From the NCBI GenBank assembly GCA_040285825.1, contig JAUPSS010000005.1:496001-560000 (forward strand): a DNA stretch of 64,000 nt, in the 5' to 3' direction. Source of the DNA: Eukaryota sp. TZLM1-RC (lineage: Eukaryota; Protista; Metamonada: BaSk clade). The notes below the pieces were generated by a model, which was given only the letters and a program-made list of their open reading frames with translations, did no database searches and was not told the DNA's origin. Of this stretch, positions 1 through 9,887 are shown in pieces. Numbering within the stretch: the first letter of the stretch is position 1; the number at the start of each line of letters is the position of its first letter. A program made the translations under genes and the position numbers.

Positions 1-2472
1 TGGGTTTGTGCGTGGATTGCTGGGAAGTGATGTGAGATAAGGTGAGGTTGGTTCGGCAATATTGTCAATTGCTTCAGAACGCAAAAGATCTGGCTGAGAT
101 GCAGTGTGCGCGTTCATCAAACCATTCAACTTAGATAAAACATCAGTTGGCTGGGTAGCAGAATGTTGTGAGGATATGCTTGCTACTGATGACGACCTTG
201 ATCGTGATTGGAGGGTAGATAGTCGTTTTTGGAAGGAATCAACACCACCAAGGAGAGCCCTGAAATGTTCGTCAAAGGGCTCTAAAGGAACGGTCTCTGT
301 GGGTTCTTGATCAGAGTGGGTTTCATGTTGTAAGGCTTCATCAGCTGAAACAATAGGTTCCAAGTCATCCAGTGGTATTGGGTCTTCGAATGAACACTCT
401 GTGATATCGGTTGGAGGCTGATTAGGTTCCATAGCTTCCCGCGACACTTCTTCCACATTATCGGGAAGGGATGGTTCTTCCAAAGCTACTGGTTCTTCGG
501 AAACAGGTTCCACAGCTTCTATGACTTCCTGGGATACTTCTTCTACATTATCGGGAAGGGATGGTTCTTCCAAAGCTACTGGTTCTTCGGAAACAGGTTC
601 CACAGCTTCTATGACTTCCTGGGATACTTCTTCTACATTATCGGGAAGGGATGATTCTTCCAAAGCTACTGGTTCTTCGGAAACAGGTTCCACAGCTTCT
701 ATGACTTCCTGGGATACTTCTTCTACATTATCGGGAAGGGATGATTCTTCCAAAGCTACTGGTTCTTCGGAAACAGGTTCCACAGCTTCTATGACTTCCT
801 GGGATACTTCTTCTACATTATCGGGAAGGGATGGTTCTTCCAAAGCTACTGGTTCTTCGGAAACAGGTTCCACAGCTTCTATGACTTCCTGGGATACTTC
901 TTCTACATTATCGGGAAGGGATGGTTCTTCCAAAGCTACTGGTTCTTCGGAAACAGGTTCCACAGCTTCTACGACTTCCTGGGATACTTCTTCTACATTA
1001 TCGGGAAGGGATGGTTCTTCCAAAGCTACTGGTTCTTCGGAAACAGGTTCCACAGCTTCTATGACTTCCTGGGATACTTCTTCTACATTATCGGGAAGGG
1101 ATGGTTCTTCCAAAGCTACTGGTTCTTCGGAAACAGGTTCCACAGCTTCTATGACTTCCTGGGATACTTCTTCCACATAATCGGGAAGGGATGGTTCTTC
1201 CAAAGCTACTGGTTCTTCGGAAACAGGTTCCACAGCTTCTATGACTTCCTGGGATACTTCTTCCACATAATCGGGAAGGGATGGTTCTTCCAAAGCTACT
1301 GGTTCTTCGGAAACAGGTTCCACAGCTTCTACGACTTCCTGGGATACTTCTTCTACATTATCGGGAAGGGATGGTTCTTCCAAAGCTACTGGTTCTTCGG
1401 AAACAGGTTCCACAGCTTCTATGACTTCCTGGGATACTTCTTCCACATTATCGGGAAGGGATGGTTCTTCCAAAGCTACTGGTTCTTCGGAAACAGGTTC
1501 CACAGCTTCTATGACTTCCTGGGATACTTCTTCCACATTATCGGGAAGGGATGGTTCTTCCAAAGCTACTGGTTCTTCGGAAACAGGTTCCACAGCTTCT
1601 ATGACTTCCTGGGATACTTCTTCCACATTATCGGGAAGGGATGGTTCTTCCAAAGCTACTGGTTCTTCGGAAACAGGTTCCACGGCTTCTATGACTTCAT
1701 GGGATACTTCTTCTACATTATCGGTAAGGGACGGTTCTTCTAAAGCTACTGGTTCTTCGGAAACAGGTTCCACAGCTTCTATGACTTCCTGGGATACTTC
1801 TTCTACATTATCGGGAAGGGATGGTTCTTCCAAAGCTACTGGTTCATCGGAGACAGGTTCCACAGCTTCTATGACATCCTGGGATACTTCTTCCACACTA
1901 TCGAGAAGGGATGATTCTTCCAAAGCTACTGGTTCTTCGGAAACAGGTTCCACAGCTTCTATGACTTCCTGGGACACTTCTTCTACATTATCGGGAAGGG
2001 ATGGTTCTTCCAAAGCTACTGGTTCTTCGGAGACAGGTTCCACAGCTTCTGTGACTTCCTGGGAGACGCCGTCTACATTTGGCAAAACAGATGATTCTGA
2101 AACATCCACTGGTTCTTCAACAGCTGGTTCAGAGATCTCTATGACTTTTGGAATAGTTGACTCTAACTGGCTGTCTTCACCCGAATGAACTACATGATCG
2201 TTTGTCTCATTTACATCTACTGCCGACAAAGTTTGTTCAGGTGAAGCCTCTGGAAAACCTTGTTCAACAAAATTGGCCAGAAGGTCTTTAGCACCTGATT
2301 TATTGGCCAAAGACTCAGAACAATCTTCTTCTTCATGTGTAGTAGGGTTTAAAGCGTCTGATTGTGACGGAGCTGGTAGGTGGTCTTTGTTTTTACAGTC
2401 CATGACAGAAGTACTATGTGGTGACTGAGGAGGAAGTTGAGTGTCTATCATTGGAGTGGAGGTGTCTTCCAT
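1..2472 (-). CDS. Acidic Glu/Pro/Val-rich tandem-repeat protein (3' end runs off the window)
   Basis: ATG at 2472 (MEDTSTPMIDTQLPP...). The frame appears open to base 1 (...SLPSNPRTNP). About 18 copies of the 30-aa unit EEPSLPDNVEEVSQEVIEAVEPVSEEPVAL. Absent from the ORF track because no stop lies in the window. Confidence 0.85.
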   Translation of the reverse strand, partial: MEDTSTPMIDTQLPPQSPHSTSVMDCKNKDHLPAPSQSDALNPTTHEEEDCSESLANKSGAKDLLANFVEQGFPEASPEQTLSAVDVNETNDHVVHSGEDSQLESTIPKVIEISEPAVEEPVDVSESSVLPNVDGVSQEVTEAVEPVSEEPVALEEPSLPDNVEEVSQEVIEAVEPVSEEPVALEESSLLDSVEEVSQDVIEAVEPVSDEPVALEEPSLPDNVEEVSQEVIEAVEPVSEEPVALEEPSLTDNVEEVSHEVIEAVEPVSEEPVALEEPSLPDNVEEVSQEVIEAVEPVSEEPVALEEPSLPDNVEEVSQEVIEAVEPVSEEPVALEEPSLPDNVEEVSQEVIEAVEPVSEEPVALEEPSLPDNVEEVSQEVVEAVEPVSEEPVALEEPSLPDYVEEVSQEVIEAVEPVSEEPVALEEPSLPDYVEEVSQEVIEAVEPVSEEPVALEEPSLPDNVEEVSQEVIEAVEPVSEEPVALEEPSLPDNVEEVSQEVVEAVEPVSEEPVALEEPSLPDNVEEVSQEVIEAVEPVSEEPVALEEPSLPDNVEEVSQEVIEAVEPVSEEPVALEESSLPDNVEEVSQEVIEAVEPVSEEPVALEESSLPDNVEEVSQEVIEAVEPVSEEPVALEEPSLPDNVEEVSQEVIEAVEPVSEEPVALEEPSLPDNVEEVSREAMEPNQPPTDITECSFEDPIPLDDLEPIVSADEALQHETHSDQEPTETVPLEPFDEHFRALLGGVDSFQKRLSTLQSRSRSSSVASISSQHSATQPTDVLSKLNGLMNAHTASQPDLLRSEAIDNIAEPTSPYLTSLPSNPRTNP
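445..2065. repeat. 90-bp coding minisatellite, ~18 near-identical units
   Basis: ATCGGGAAGGGATGGTTCTTC or a close variant recurs every 90 nt from 460 to 1990. Confidence 0.97.
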
Positions 2473-2510
2473 TAATTTGCAATGTGAATAAATTAATTAT
2501 TAATAACATC

Positions 2511-3496
2511 TTTTTTTTAAAAAACTGGAATATTTATTGAGATAAAAATAACCATCTAGAATTCAATATCCTCCAGACAAGCGTCACCATTACTGAACCT
2601 ACTCACAGCATTACGTTCATATTCTACACCGACAGCTAAAAGTGCCTTTGAAATCATTGTAGGAATAGACTTGAAAATGCAAAAAACAATTCTATTTAAC
2701 CAGAAAATGGAGTTCATTGTTTTACCAGACCTATTCAGCAACACTTTCTTAAAATTTTCCAAAAAGTGCAACCCTGAAGGTCCAATATTGCCAAAAAGAG
2801 AAATTGCAAACGGCACAAACTGATATTTCACATGTTCCACTCTACCTAACTGTGCCAAAGGTTCATCATATTTTTTTATCTTCTTTTTTTCGGCGTTAGA
2901 TAACGGCGAATCAGCGGAATACACTAAACGAGCAGCAGAATTTTTGCAAACATCAACTGAGACAACATCTACAACATTGAGAACACCATCGATCCCTGGA
3001 GCTACTAAATCTGCCCTTCTTTTACCAAAGGAATCATCAGTTTGATCTGAAGACAGCTTACGACTAGTGGCTCAATAAATGCCTCTATATTGAAACTTTT
3101 GCACATGGCATATAATTGATCACGAACTGAGTCATGAACAATTGAGCGATAAGTTATAAAATAATTACAGTTTAAAATATGGGAAAGCGTAACAACACTC
3201 CTGCGGCGACAAATTAAATCATTTGGTAATGTGCAAGGCCATAGAAAACATCTCATTCTCATTGCAGTGGTCCATTGGTGAACATTAAGTAGAAGGCCAT
3301 AAATGTTGGGAATTTGGGATATTAGGCAACTTGAGCAACTGTCTTCAAGATCAATCAAAAAGTTTGCAAAAACGGGATTTTTTCCTTAGCCAAGCTAAGA
3401 CGTACAATATAATCCAAGTTTTCTAAAACTTTCAAGATTTTTTTCTGCAATTTTGCAAAAGTCAGTGGTAAGGAGAGCAAGCTTCTTGAAGGAAGT
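2511..3496 (-). mobile_element. 5'-truncated CRE-like (RLE) non-LTR retrotransposon, family A
   Basis: Frameshifted C-terminus with Zn knuckle (IC..SVVTLSHILNC) and RLE motif RADL...VVDV. AATAAA plus A8 tail at 2511-2518. Near-identical to 42731-43743. Possible TSD TAATAACATC (2501-2510) / TAATAACTTC (3500-3509). Confidence 0.9.
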
Positions 3497-3576
3497 GAAT
3501 AATAACTTCCACGTCAAACAATAAATGGATTTTGCAATTTTGCTGATTGCCAGTAATATCTTTGTGCTATTAGCCT

Positions 3577-4695
3577 ATGTCTTCCACCTCAATTCTACGT
3601 TCATGGAAAAGCATAAGCTTCCCATCTCTTCTTTCAGAACTGTCAAACACTGTTGCTGAATTGAATTCAAATAAGGAATCATCTTCTCTTTCACGAATAA
3701 AAGATCTTGCTGACGCTACAAAGACCTTTCAACAACTCGATGAATCCTCCAAACTCACTCAAATACAGCCTCTTCTAAAACGTTACCAAGACCTTGTCAG
3801 CAACCTCTTCAAACGTTCAAAATCCAGTGAAAAGGCCATCAAATCATTAGCAAACCGTCTTTCACTTGCCCAGGATCCTGTTCCTTTGCTAGAAGCTCTT
3901 CTTACCAAGCAGGAATATCAACAGGACCAACATGATCATGCAGAAGAACTATCAAGAATGTTAGTGAAGAAGGAAGATGAACTAGTAGAACTGAGTAAGA
4001 AATATGATGAGTTAGTCTTGACTTTACTACCAAGGTCACTAAAACCTGTGGAAAGTCCAAGACCGTCACGTGATAATCAATCACATGATGGTGATGTTTA
4101 CAAGCAGTTATTAACCCTTCAGCGGGAACATGTAGATTTATTAATGAAAATGGAGAATTTTGATAATCAATTGAGGGGAAAAACTGAATTTATTGAAGAA
4201 TTAAATCAAATTAATACAAGTTTATCAAGGGAAAATGAGTCTTTGAAAAATGAAAATGCAGCTCTCAGTAACCAAATTCAATCAATCAAAACATCAACAA
4301 TCAATCAAAAACCATTATCTACAGAAGAAACTCATCGACCGGTTAATAACCCTCAATCATTTTCTAATCAATCAGATGCTTTGATTTCAATCAAAAAACA
4401 TAGAGATCGTTTATATTCAAGGAACAGAAACTTGGAATCTTTGTTAGATCAAGCTAATTCTAAAGTATCTTACTTGGAAAAAGAATTGAGTATGAGAAGG
4501 TCAAATATGCGGTCAGAATATGACGTGGAACATGGTAGTTTAATGATCCCTACTAGTCAGTTCAAGAATTCAAATATTGACATGTTGTTGCTCTCATTTT
4601 CTAAATTTATTAATGAAAATTCGAAAAAAAGAAGATTCTTCTATTTGTATGTTTCAATTCTACATATATTTTTATTTTTGAATTTAATTTTTTGA
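3577..4695 (+). CDS. CASP: CASP/COY1-like golgin (CUX1 N-terminal domain, coiled coil, C-terminal TM)
   Basis: N-terminal ...PLLKRYQ...KRSKSSE...DPVPLL matches the CUX1/CASP N-terminus. C-terminal TM RRFFYLYVSILHIFLFL has the CASP-type Y/H residues. Confidence 0.8.
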   Translation: MSSTSILRSWKSISFPSLLSELSNTVAELNSNKESSSLSRIKDLADATKTFQQLDESSKLTQIQPLLKRYQDLVSNLFKRSKSSEKAIKSLANRLSLAQDPVPLLEALLTKQEYQQDQHDHAEELSRMLVKKEDELVELSKKYDELVLTLLPRSLKPVESPRPSRDNQSHDGDVYKQLLTLQREHVDLLMKMENFDNQLRGKTEFIEELNQINTSLSRENESLKNENAALSNQIQSIKTSTINQKPLSTEETHRPVNNPQSFSNQSDALISIKKHRDRLYSRNRNLESLLDQANSKVSYLEKELSMRRSNMRSEYDVEHGSLMIPTSQFKNSNIDMLLLSFSKFINENSKKRRFFYLYVSILHIFLFLNLIF

Positions 4696-5889
4696 TAATA
4701 ACACATTTTTGTTATCAATGATTTTAGCGATTGAATTAATTAATTCATAATTTACATAATAAGGAATTTCATTTGAAATTGAAATTAGATAATAATTTGA
4801 ATTATTTTCATTTCGTTTTTGAATAAATCTTTGTTCTGAATCTTCATTCAACACTATATAAAATTCATTTTTGATTGATAATAATTTCGAATTAACCCTG
4901 ATTAATTCAATTAAATTAATATTTCCAAATAAATTCACATTATTTTCTGTAAAGGACAAAATAGAATTAACAGGAACAAATTCAGAAGTATCTGTTTTCA
5001 GTGATTTATAGTGAGTTAAAAAATTGTGGAATTTTGCAAGGTCAAAATTAGTCGATATCACGTCAGCAAACTCGTGACACAAAGGCTCAGAATTAGAAGG
5101 AAAAACATTGACTAGGTAGAAATCTTGCAATTTTGACACAAACACTGAATAATTAAAATTTTTGGTATATAAACTGCACTGAAAACTAGAAAATATGCCT
5201 CCTTGTTTAATTACCAAAAAACTCTTAATCACTAGCAACAAACTGCTAAACCCCTCCAAATTCCAAAAGCTCTTACTTCCAAACCAAACTATTGGCCAAG
5301 AAAGTTCTGAAGATAAACATGAAAAACAAGAAAAAACAAATGAAAATAAACAATTATTAGAACCTGTAAAGGAATTCAATTGTTGATTAATTTGTAAATA
5401 CTCTTGCCGGACTTCAGAGCTCATGAAACTGCTGCTTGGGATGCAGAGCCTGGTTGACAATAAAGTGGGTAATAGATCGATTTGAGTGGAAAAGATAAAC
5501 TCCAAGAAGGGTAGAGACTGGGCGAAGCATGTTTTCAAACGTTCCATTTGTGGTGGTGTCAGTGATGGGGTAGCAAGTAGTTTTGGACTTATCATCAGGG
5601 TATAGAGCTTGATGAGAGAGGAGAAAATGGATTGGCAAATAGAGAGCGGAGTGGAGATGTGTTGGGAAAAGATGAGACGAACTCCTTGATTTGAAGAAGA
5701 AAAAAGATGGAAGAATGTGAGAGAATCAGGGGTTTCAATGTAGTTGAGGTTTAGAGCAGAGTCTTCCAGGCTCGCAATGGTGGCATGAAGGAGACCTAAT
5801 CCAGGGAAAACCAAAGGATTGATGTTAGAGCCAAACGAAAACAGTGGTAGCCCATCTGACGTCAGAGCAATAACTCGAGTATGTGTCAT
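4684..5889 (-). CDS. Fuzzy-like longin-domain protein (CPLANE/ciliogenesis)
   Basis: N-terminus IALTSDGLPLFS...LVFPGLGLLHA resembles the first longin domain of Fuzzy. 401 aa. Confidence 0.6.
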   Translation of the reverse strand: MTHTRVIALTSDGLPLFSFGSNINPLVFPGLGLLHATIASLEDSALNLNYIETPDSLTFFHLFSSSNQGVRLIFSQHISTPLSICQSIFSSLIKLYTLMISPKLLATPSLTPPQMERLKTCFAQSLPFLEFIFSTQIDLLPTLLSTRLCIPSSSFMSSEVRQEYLQINQQLNSFTGSNNCLFSFVFSCFSCLSSELSWPIVWFGSKSFWNLEGFSSLLLVIKSFLVIKQGGIFSSFQCSLYTKNFNYSVFVSKLQDFYLVNVFPSNSEPLCHEFADVISTNFDLAKFHNFLTHYKSLKTDTSEFVPVNSILSFTENNVNLFGNINLIELIRVNSKLLSIKNEFYIVLNEDSEQRFIQKRNENNSNYYLISISNEIPYYVNYELINSIAKIIDNKNVLLSKN

Positions 5890-6164
5890 TCCTATAGGTG
5901 TTGCCTATAACAATGAAATAAGTGTCGTTTTTAAACCAATGCAGAGGGATTGAGTTTCAGAGTTTCAATGAGTAATCAATTTCCTGTGGAATATTTAATA
6001 AGTAGGGAACCTTTTGCTAATAAACTAATTGTTCTTTCAGTCATTTGATTAATTATACTGCTGTTTAAATCCATCCTTTGTTGTTGCTCTTCAGATGGTT
6101 GTTAATTGGATAAACCAATTACTCTACCATGAGAGTTACTTATTGTGATAAGAGTGTAATTTCA

Positions 6165-7493
6165 TATGCTGTCTCTTATTCTTTTGAATTTGGAACATTT
6201 GGACTCAAATCTTCGTTGATTTTGGGTGTGCCTGAAATGAACATATTGATTTTTTTCATGTTTTTTTGAATGAGTCATTCCAGTAGCCCAATCTGTAGAA
6301 AAACAGAGTAGATCAGCGGCAGTATGGGTCATATCTTCATATTGAGAATCATTAATGCCAAGTCATCATATATTGTTCTTTTTCTTTGAATTCTTTTGCA
6401 CTTACCTTAGATTGTTTCAAGTTCATTCTTGATTGAATGAATCATACTGCTACTCCATCAGTCTCGATGCTAAACATGATGTTTTTTGAATCTTCTGGTC
6501 AAAGTTTCGTGTTTTGAATTTTCATTATTTTCAAGATGGTGTGCCACAAGAACAAATCAGCAGTGTATCTTAAACATTGATGAGCCGATTTTTTACCAAG
6601 AATGTTTATTTTACCAGCAAAGCACAAATTCAACAAATTTGTCTTGTCAATCTTGATTCAAAATGGTATACAAGATTGTTTCGAAGGTATAGCACATGTG
6701 TTGTTGTTACTGATTAACTAACTTGGTAGACAGATGAGGAATTTACATGATGACGTGGCACTTGTTCAAGAACAAGTATTTCTATTAATAAACCTCGTTT
6801 TCTTCTTTTCTCTTTTTACTTCTTTGATATTTCTGCCTAGCGGCATCGTGTTTCATCATCAATATTTCCGCATCTTTTCTGATTGAGAGACTCAACTTTA
6901 CTAATAAATGATGAAAAGTTTTTCTTACCATGTATTTGCAGATCGTTATTGTTTCTCTTGCCATTATGAGAAATTTCAACAAACCGTTTCAAGTAGAGAA
7001 AAGAATGCTCCTGAATGTTATTTTCGAAATTCACAAGGAATTCGTCAATTGTGTCATACAAAATATTACTGATTTCTATTTTGACAGCACCTTTGGAACA
7101 AGTTTCTTTTAAAAATGTTGGTGGTAGAATTCCACCAATGGTGCACAATGAGGGTTTTATAAAATGAGGGTTTTATAAAATGAGGGGTTTTATAAAAGCT
7201 TTTTATCATTGGGCTAAGGGAACTTTCCTATATGACCACAAGAAAAGCGTTATAAAATGATTACATTTCAAAATTTCAGTAAGGTTTAAGTCAAACAAGT
7301 ACAAATAATAAACACAAATAAATTCCAAACCAATAATCGAAATCTTCGAACACCTCATTACTGCATCATCGAACACGTCAACCATTTTCTGATTTCTAAT
7401 TACATTATTTAAACTGCCCTTATGACCATCATAAGGTTTATGTTTAACCGTTTCCATGAATTCGCCATTGTAACTGCAATTAAATACTTTCAT
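6165..7493 (-). pseudogene. Decayed Fanzor1 (TnpB-derived nuclease), subfamily 1, C-terminally truncated
   Basis: Collinear motifs across frames: KGSLNNVI...DDAVMRCSKISIIGLEF; NILYD...NFENNIQEH..YLKRFV; PSKQSCIP..IKIDKT; FSIETDGVAV (6442-6480); RuvC-I-like DP..DLLC (6325-6330); FRHTQNQRRFESK (6198-6239). Confidence 0.8.
7147..7195. repeat. 16-bp tandem repeat x3 inside the Fanzor pseudogene
   Basis: AATGAGGGTTTTATAA x3; the third copy has an extra G. Confidence 0.95.
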
Positions 7494-8460
7494 GGTTCAC
7501 TATGTATCCCTCGGACAATAAACTGCAACTGGATGTCTTCTTTGGGATAAGGAAAAATCTGAGAAGGGATCATCTTCTTGAACCTTCCAATACTTTGCAA
7601 TATTCTGAGTATCAAGGTCGATTCTTCCCTCGTCTAATAGAATTTAAGAAACTGATTACAATTTGCGTGGTTCACAATAATTTGTGTAAATACCACAAGT
7701 ATCAACAGCAACTCGTCCTGTGATTAAAGGGTTTGAGTGTTCGTAATTCAATTCCACAATATTTGAATTGTCATTCTTATATACGCTGCCTAAAAAAGTC
7801 TTTATAGTGATCAAAACTAACTTGTTTTTTATTTATTCTTCATTTTTTTAACTTTTGTGTGATTTAAAACACGCAGCCATCCAACGTCGCCAATGTCTTC
7901 AACTACAAATCAAAAAAAGGAGAATTGTAGTGAAATCCTAGACTAGAAATTCACCACTAATGTGGATTCTTTGATGAGGACTACAAAGTCAAGACTTATC
8001 CTTGTGGATACATGATCTTCACTTTTGTACTCAATTCTGATCAAGGTATTCGATGAACCAGGTTCAACAAATTTTTATTCCCATTTTTTACATAAACTTA
8101 TGGTGAAACTTTGGAAATTGAAACAAAACGTAAAGCTCAAATTACAATTAAATAAAAAAATGTCATGAAAATCAGAATTCAATGAGAAAAATACACAAAA
8201 CTTTCAACCATTCTTACTAATGCTAGACTTTACAGTTTGCTCTGAAGGACAACGGACGAGGAAGAGACAATATATTTTAATAATTTTTTGTGTTGAGTTT
8301 TGGGCTATTTTCCCAATCAGTGTTTTTATTAGTATGATAGATATTTTTTTTTATTGGCAACTTTCTTGAATGAACAATGAAGCAAGAAATCCTTTGGAAA
8401 TCTGCGAAGGTATGTTTCAAATAGCTTCTTCGCATCTAATGATCACTTATCCAGCTACAA

Positions 8461-8669
8461 ATGCCTGTGGGAATCCTCTACACAATCCTTTTACTAATTG
8501 TTGCAATTATTTTGCCACCAGTATGTGTAGATTTCTCTGCTGACATTAGCTTGCTGTTGCACTGAATGGTGACTTCCTGAATGGAAAGTTTTGGTTAAAC
8601 GTTCTGCTGACGATTCTAGGATGGTTGCCGGGTATTATTCACGCTTGGATTGTTATTCTGATGACTTGA
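8461..8669 (+). CDS. PMP3: PMP3/YqaE (UPF0057) proteolipid, 59 aa, one intron (8521-8549)
   Basis: Spliced product MPVGILYTILLLIVAIILPP|LAVALNGDFLNGKFWLNVLLTILGWLPGIIHAWIVILMT. 29-nt GTATGT...CTGACATTAG intron. Missed by the ORF track. Confidence 0.93.
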
Positions 8670-8989
8670 TTTCTGTGTAGATTGTCAGAAAGGTTTTTAT
8701 GCTGTTCTCTCAATAAATAATGTTGTTTCGTTGTCTCGTGTGGTTCAACAAGCATTTGTAGAAAAGTTACAACAAGATTTGCTAATGAATAATTGTACAC
8801 GATTTAGTTGTCACCTGCGATCCCCATCACCATCACCAGGATTCGTTCAATCATTAATGAAACTTATTTGTTGTTTCTTTCAACTACAAAAGTCGTAGGA
8901 AAGTGAAGTTGAGTGATGAACCGTTGATCAAGAGGATGTTGAACTATTTGATGAAATTATTATTAATTATTAGATTGTAAAACATTTGT

Positions 8990-9133
8990 CTCGGTTTTTC
9001 AATCGAATAAGAGCAGCTTTAGCTAGACAGCAAGCAGATCAAGATTTTGTAGAGGAAATCTTGGTTCAATGTTAGTCGTCCCATTAGTTATGAGTTAACT
9101 TAATTAAGTGTGCAAATTCATTAAACATGTTTA
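8990..9133 (+). mobile_element. Short 5'-truncated CRE-like family B copy
   Basis: Matches the 3' end of the 50127-53467 element (RFFNRIR.ALARQQA.QDFVEEILV plus 3'UTR). 11-bp TSD AAAACATTTGT at 8979-8989 and 9134-9144. Confidence 0.92.
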
Positions 9134-9887
9134 AAAACATTTGTAGTGTATTTCAAAATGAAAAAGGGAACTGAACAAAGAGGACTTCAAAATATCAGTG
9201 AAACAACAATGAAATAGTTGTAGAAAAAGTAAATCATCTTATTGGTGTCCAGCTCTGTTTCGGTAATTATTGTTCTATTTGTTGGATCAAATTGGCTTTA
9301 ACTTATATTTAACAATATTCTTGGAACTTAAACCGTAACAGTAAAATTGGAAAACAGTTAATGAAAATCCATTGTAAATCAGTTTTGATTCACCTCAGCG
9401 ACAAATAGTAACAAATCATAAAATGACGGAGAAGTCAATACTCAACAAAGAAAGGACTTTTATATTTTGTATTTTTCCATTGATGGCTATGTTGTCTACA
9501 TAACTGGTGGATATAGTTTGGGAATTCAAAATTGAATGTTCACACATTTTAAAAGTGAAGACAAATTACCAAATGTTCATGTGTTCAAATTAAATAACTT
9601 TGCTTTACATTTATTTTCCACAATAATTTTAATAATTTTTTTACTTTATTAAATTATTGTAATTGTTTTCATAAGATTAAATTTCTATTTATATCAAATT
9701 TAATGAGTGTTACCGACCTCTTCTAAAGATTGAGTTGAGATACAATGATTAACTTTGACTTTAGTAATCAAATCGTGTACTGAAAATATAGGATGTGTAT
9801 CTTCAACAGACATCTCTGGTGATGATGTCCTTCTGGTATGATCAATCCCAGAGTTTCATCCACTTCTAGTCAATATTATCACCCTCA

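Noticed and set aside
445-2065. CRISPR-like array
   Set aside because: Whole 90-bp units repeat, with no unique spacers.
521-2188. Plus-strand Ser/Thr-rich repeat ORFs
   Set aside because: Antisense shadow of the minus-strand gene: TAA stops at 1180 and 1270 break them while the minus frame stays open.
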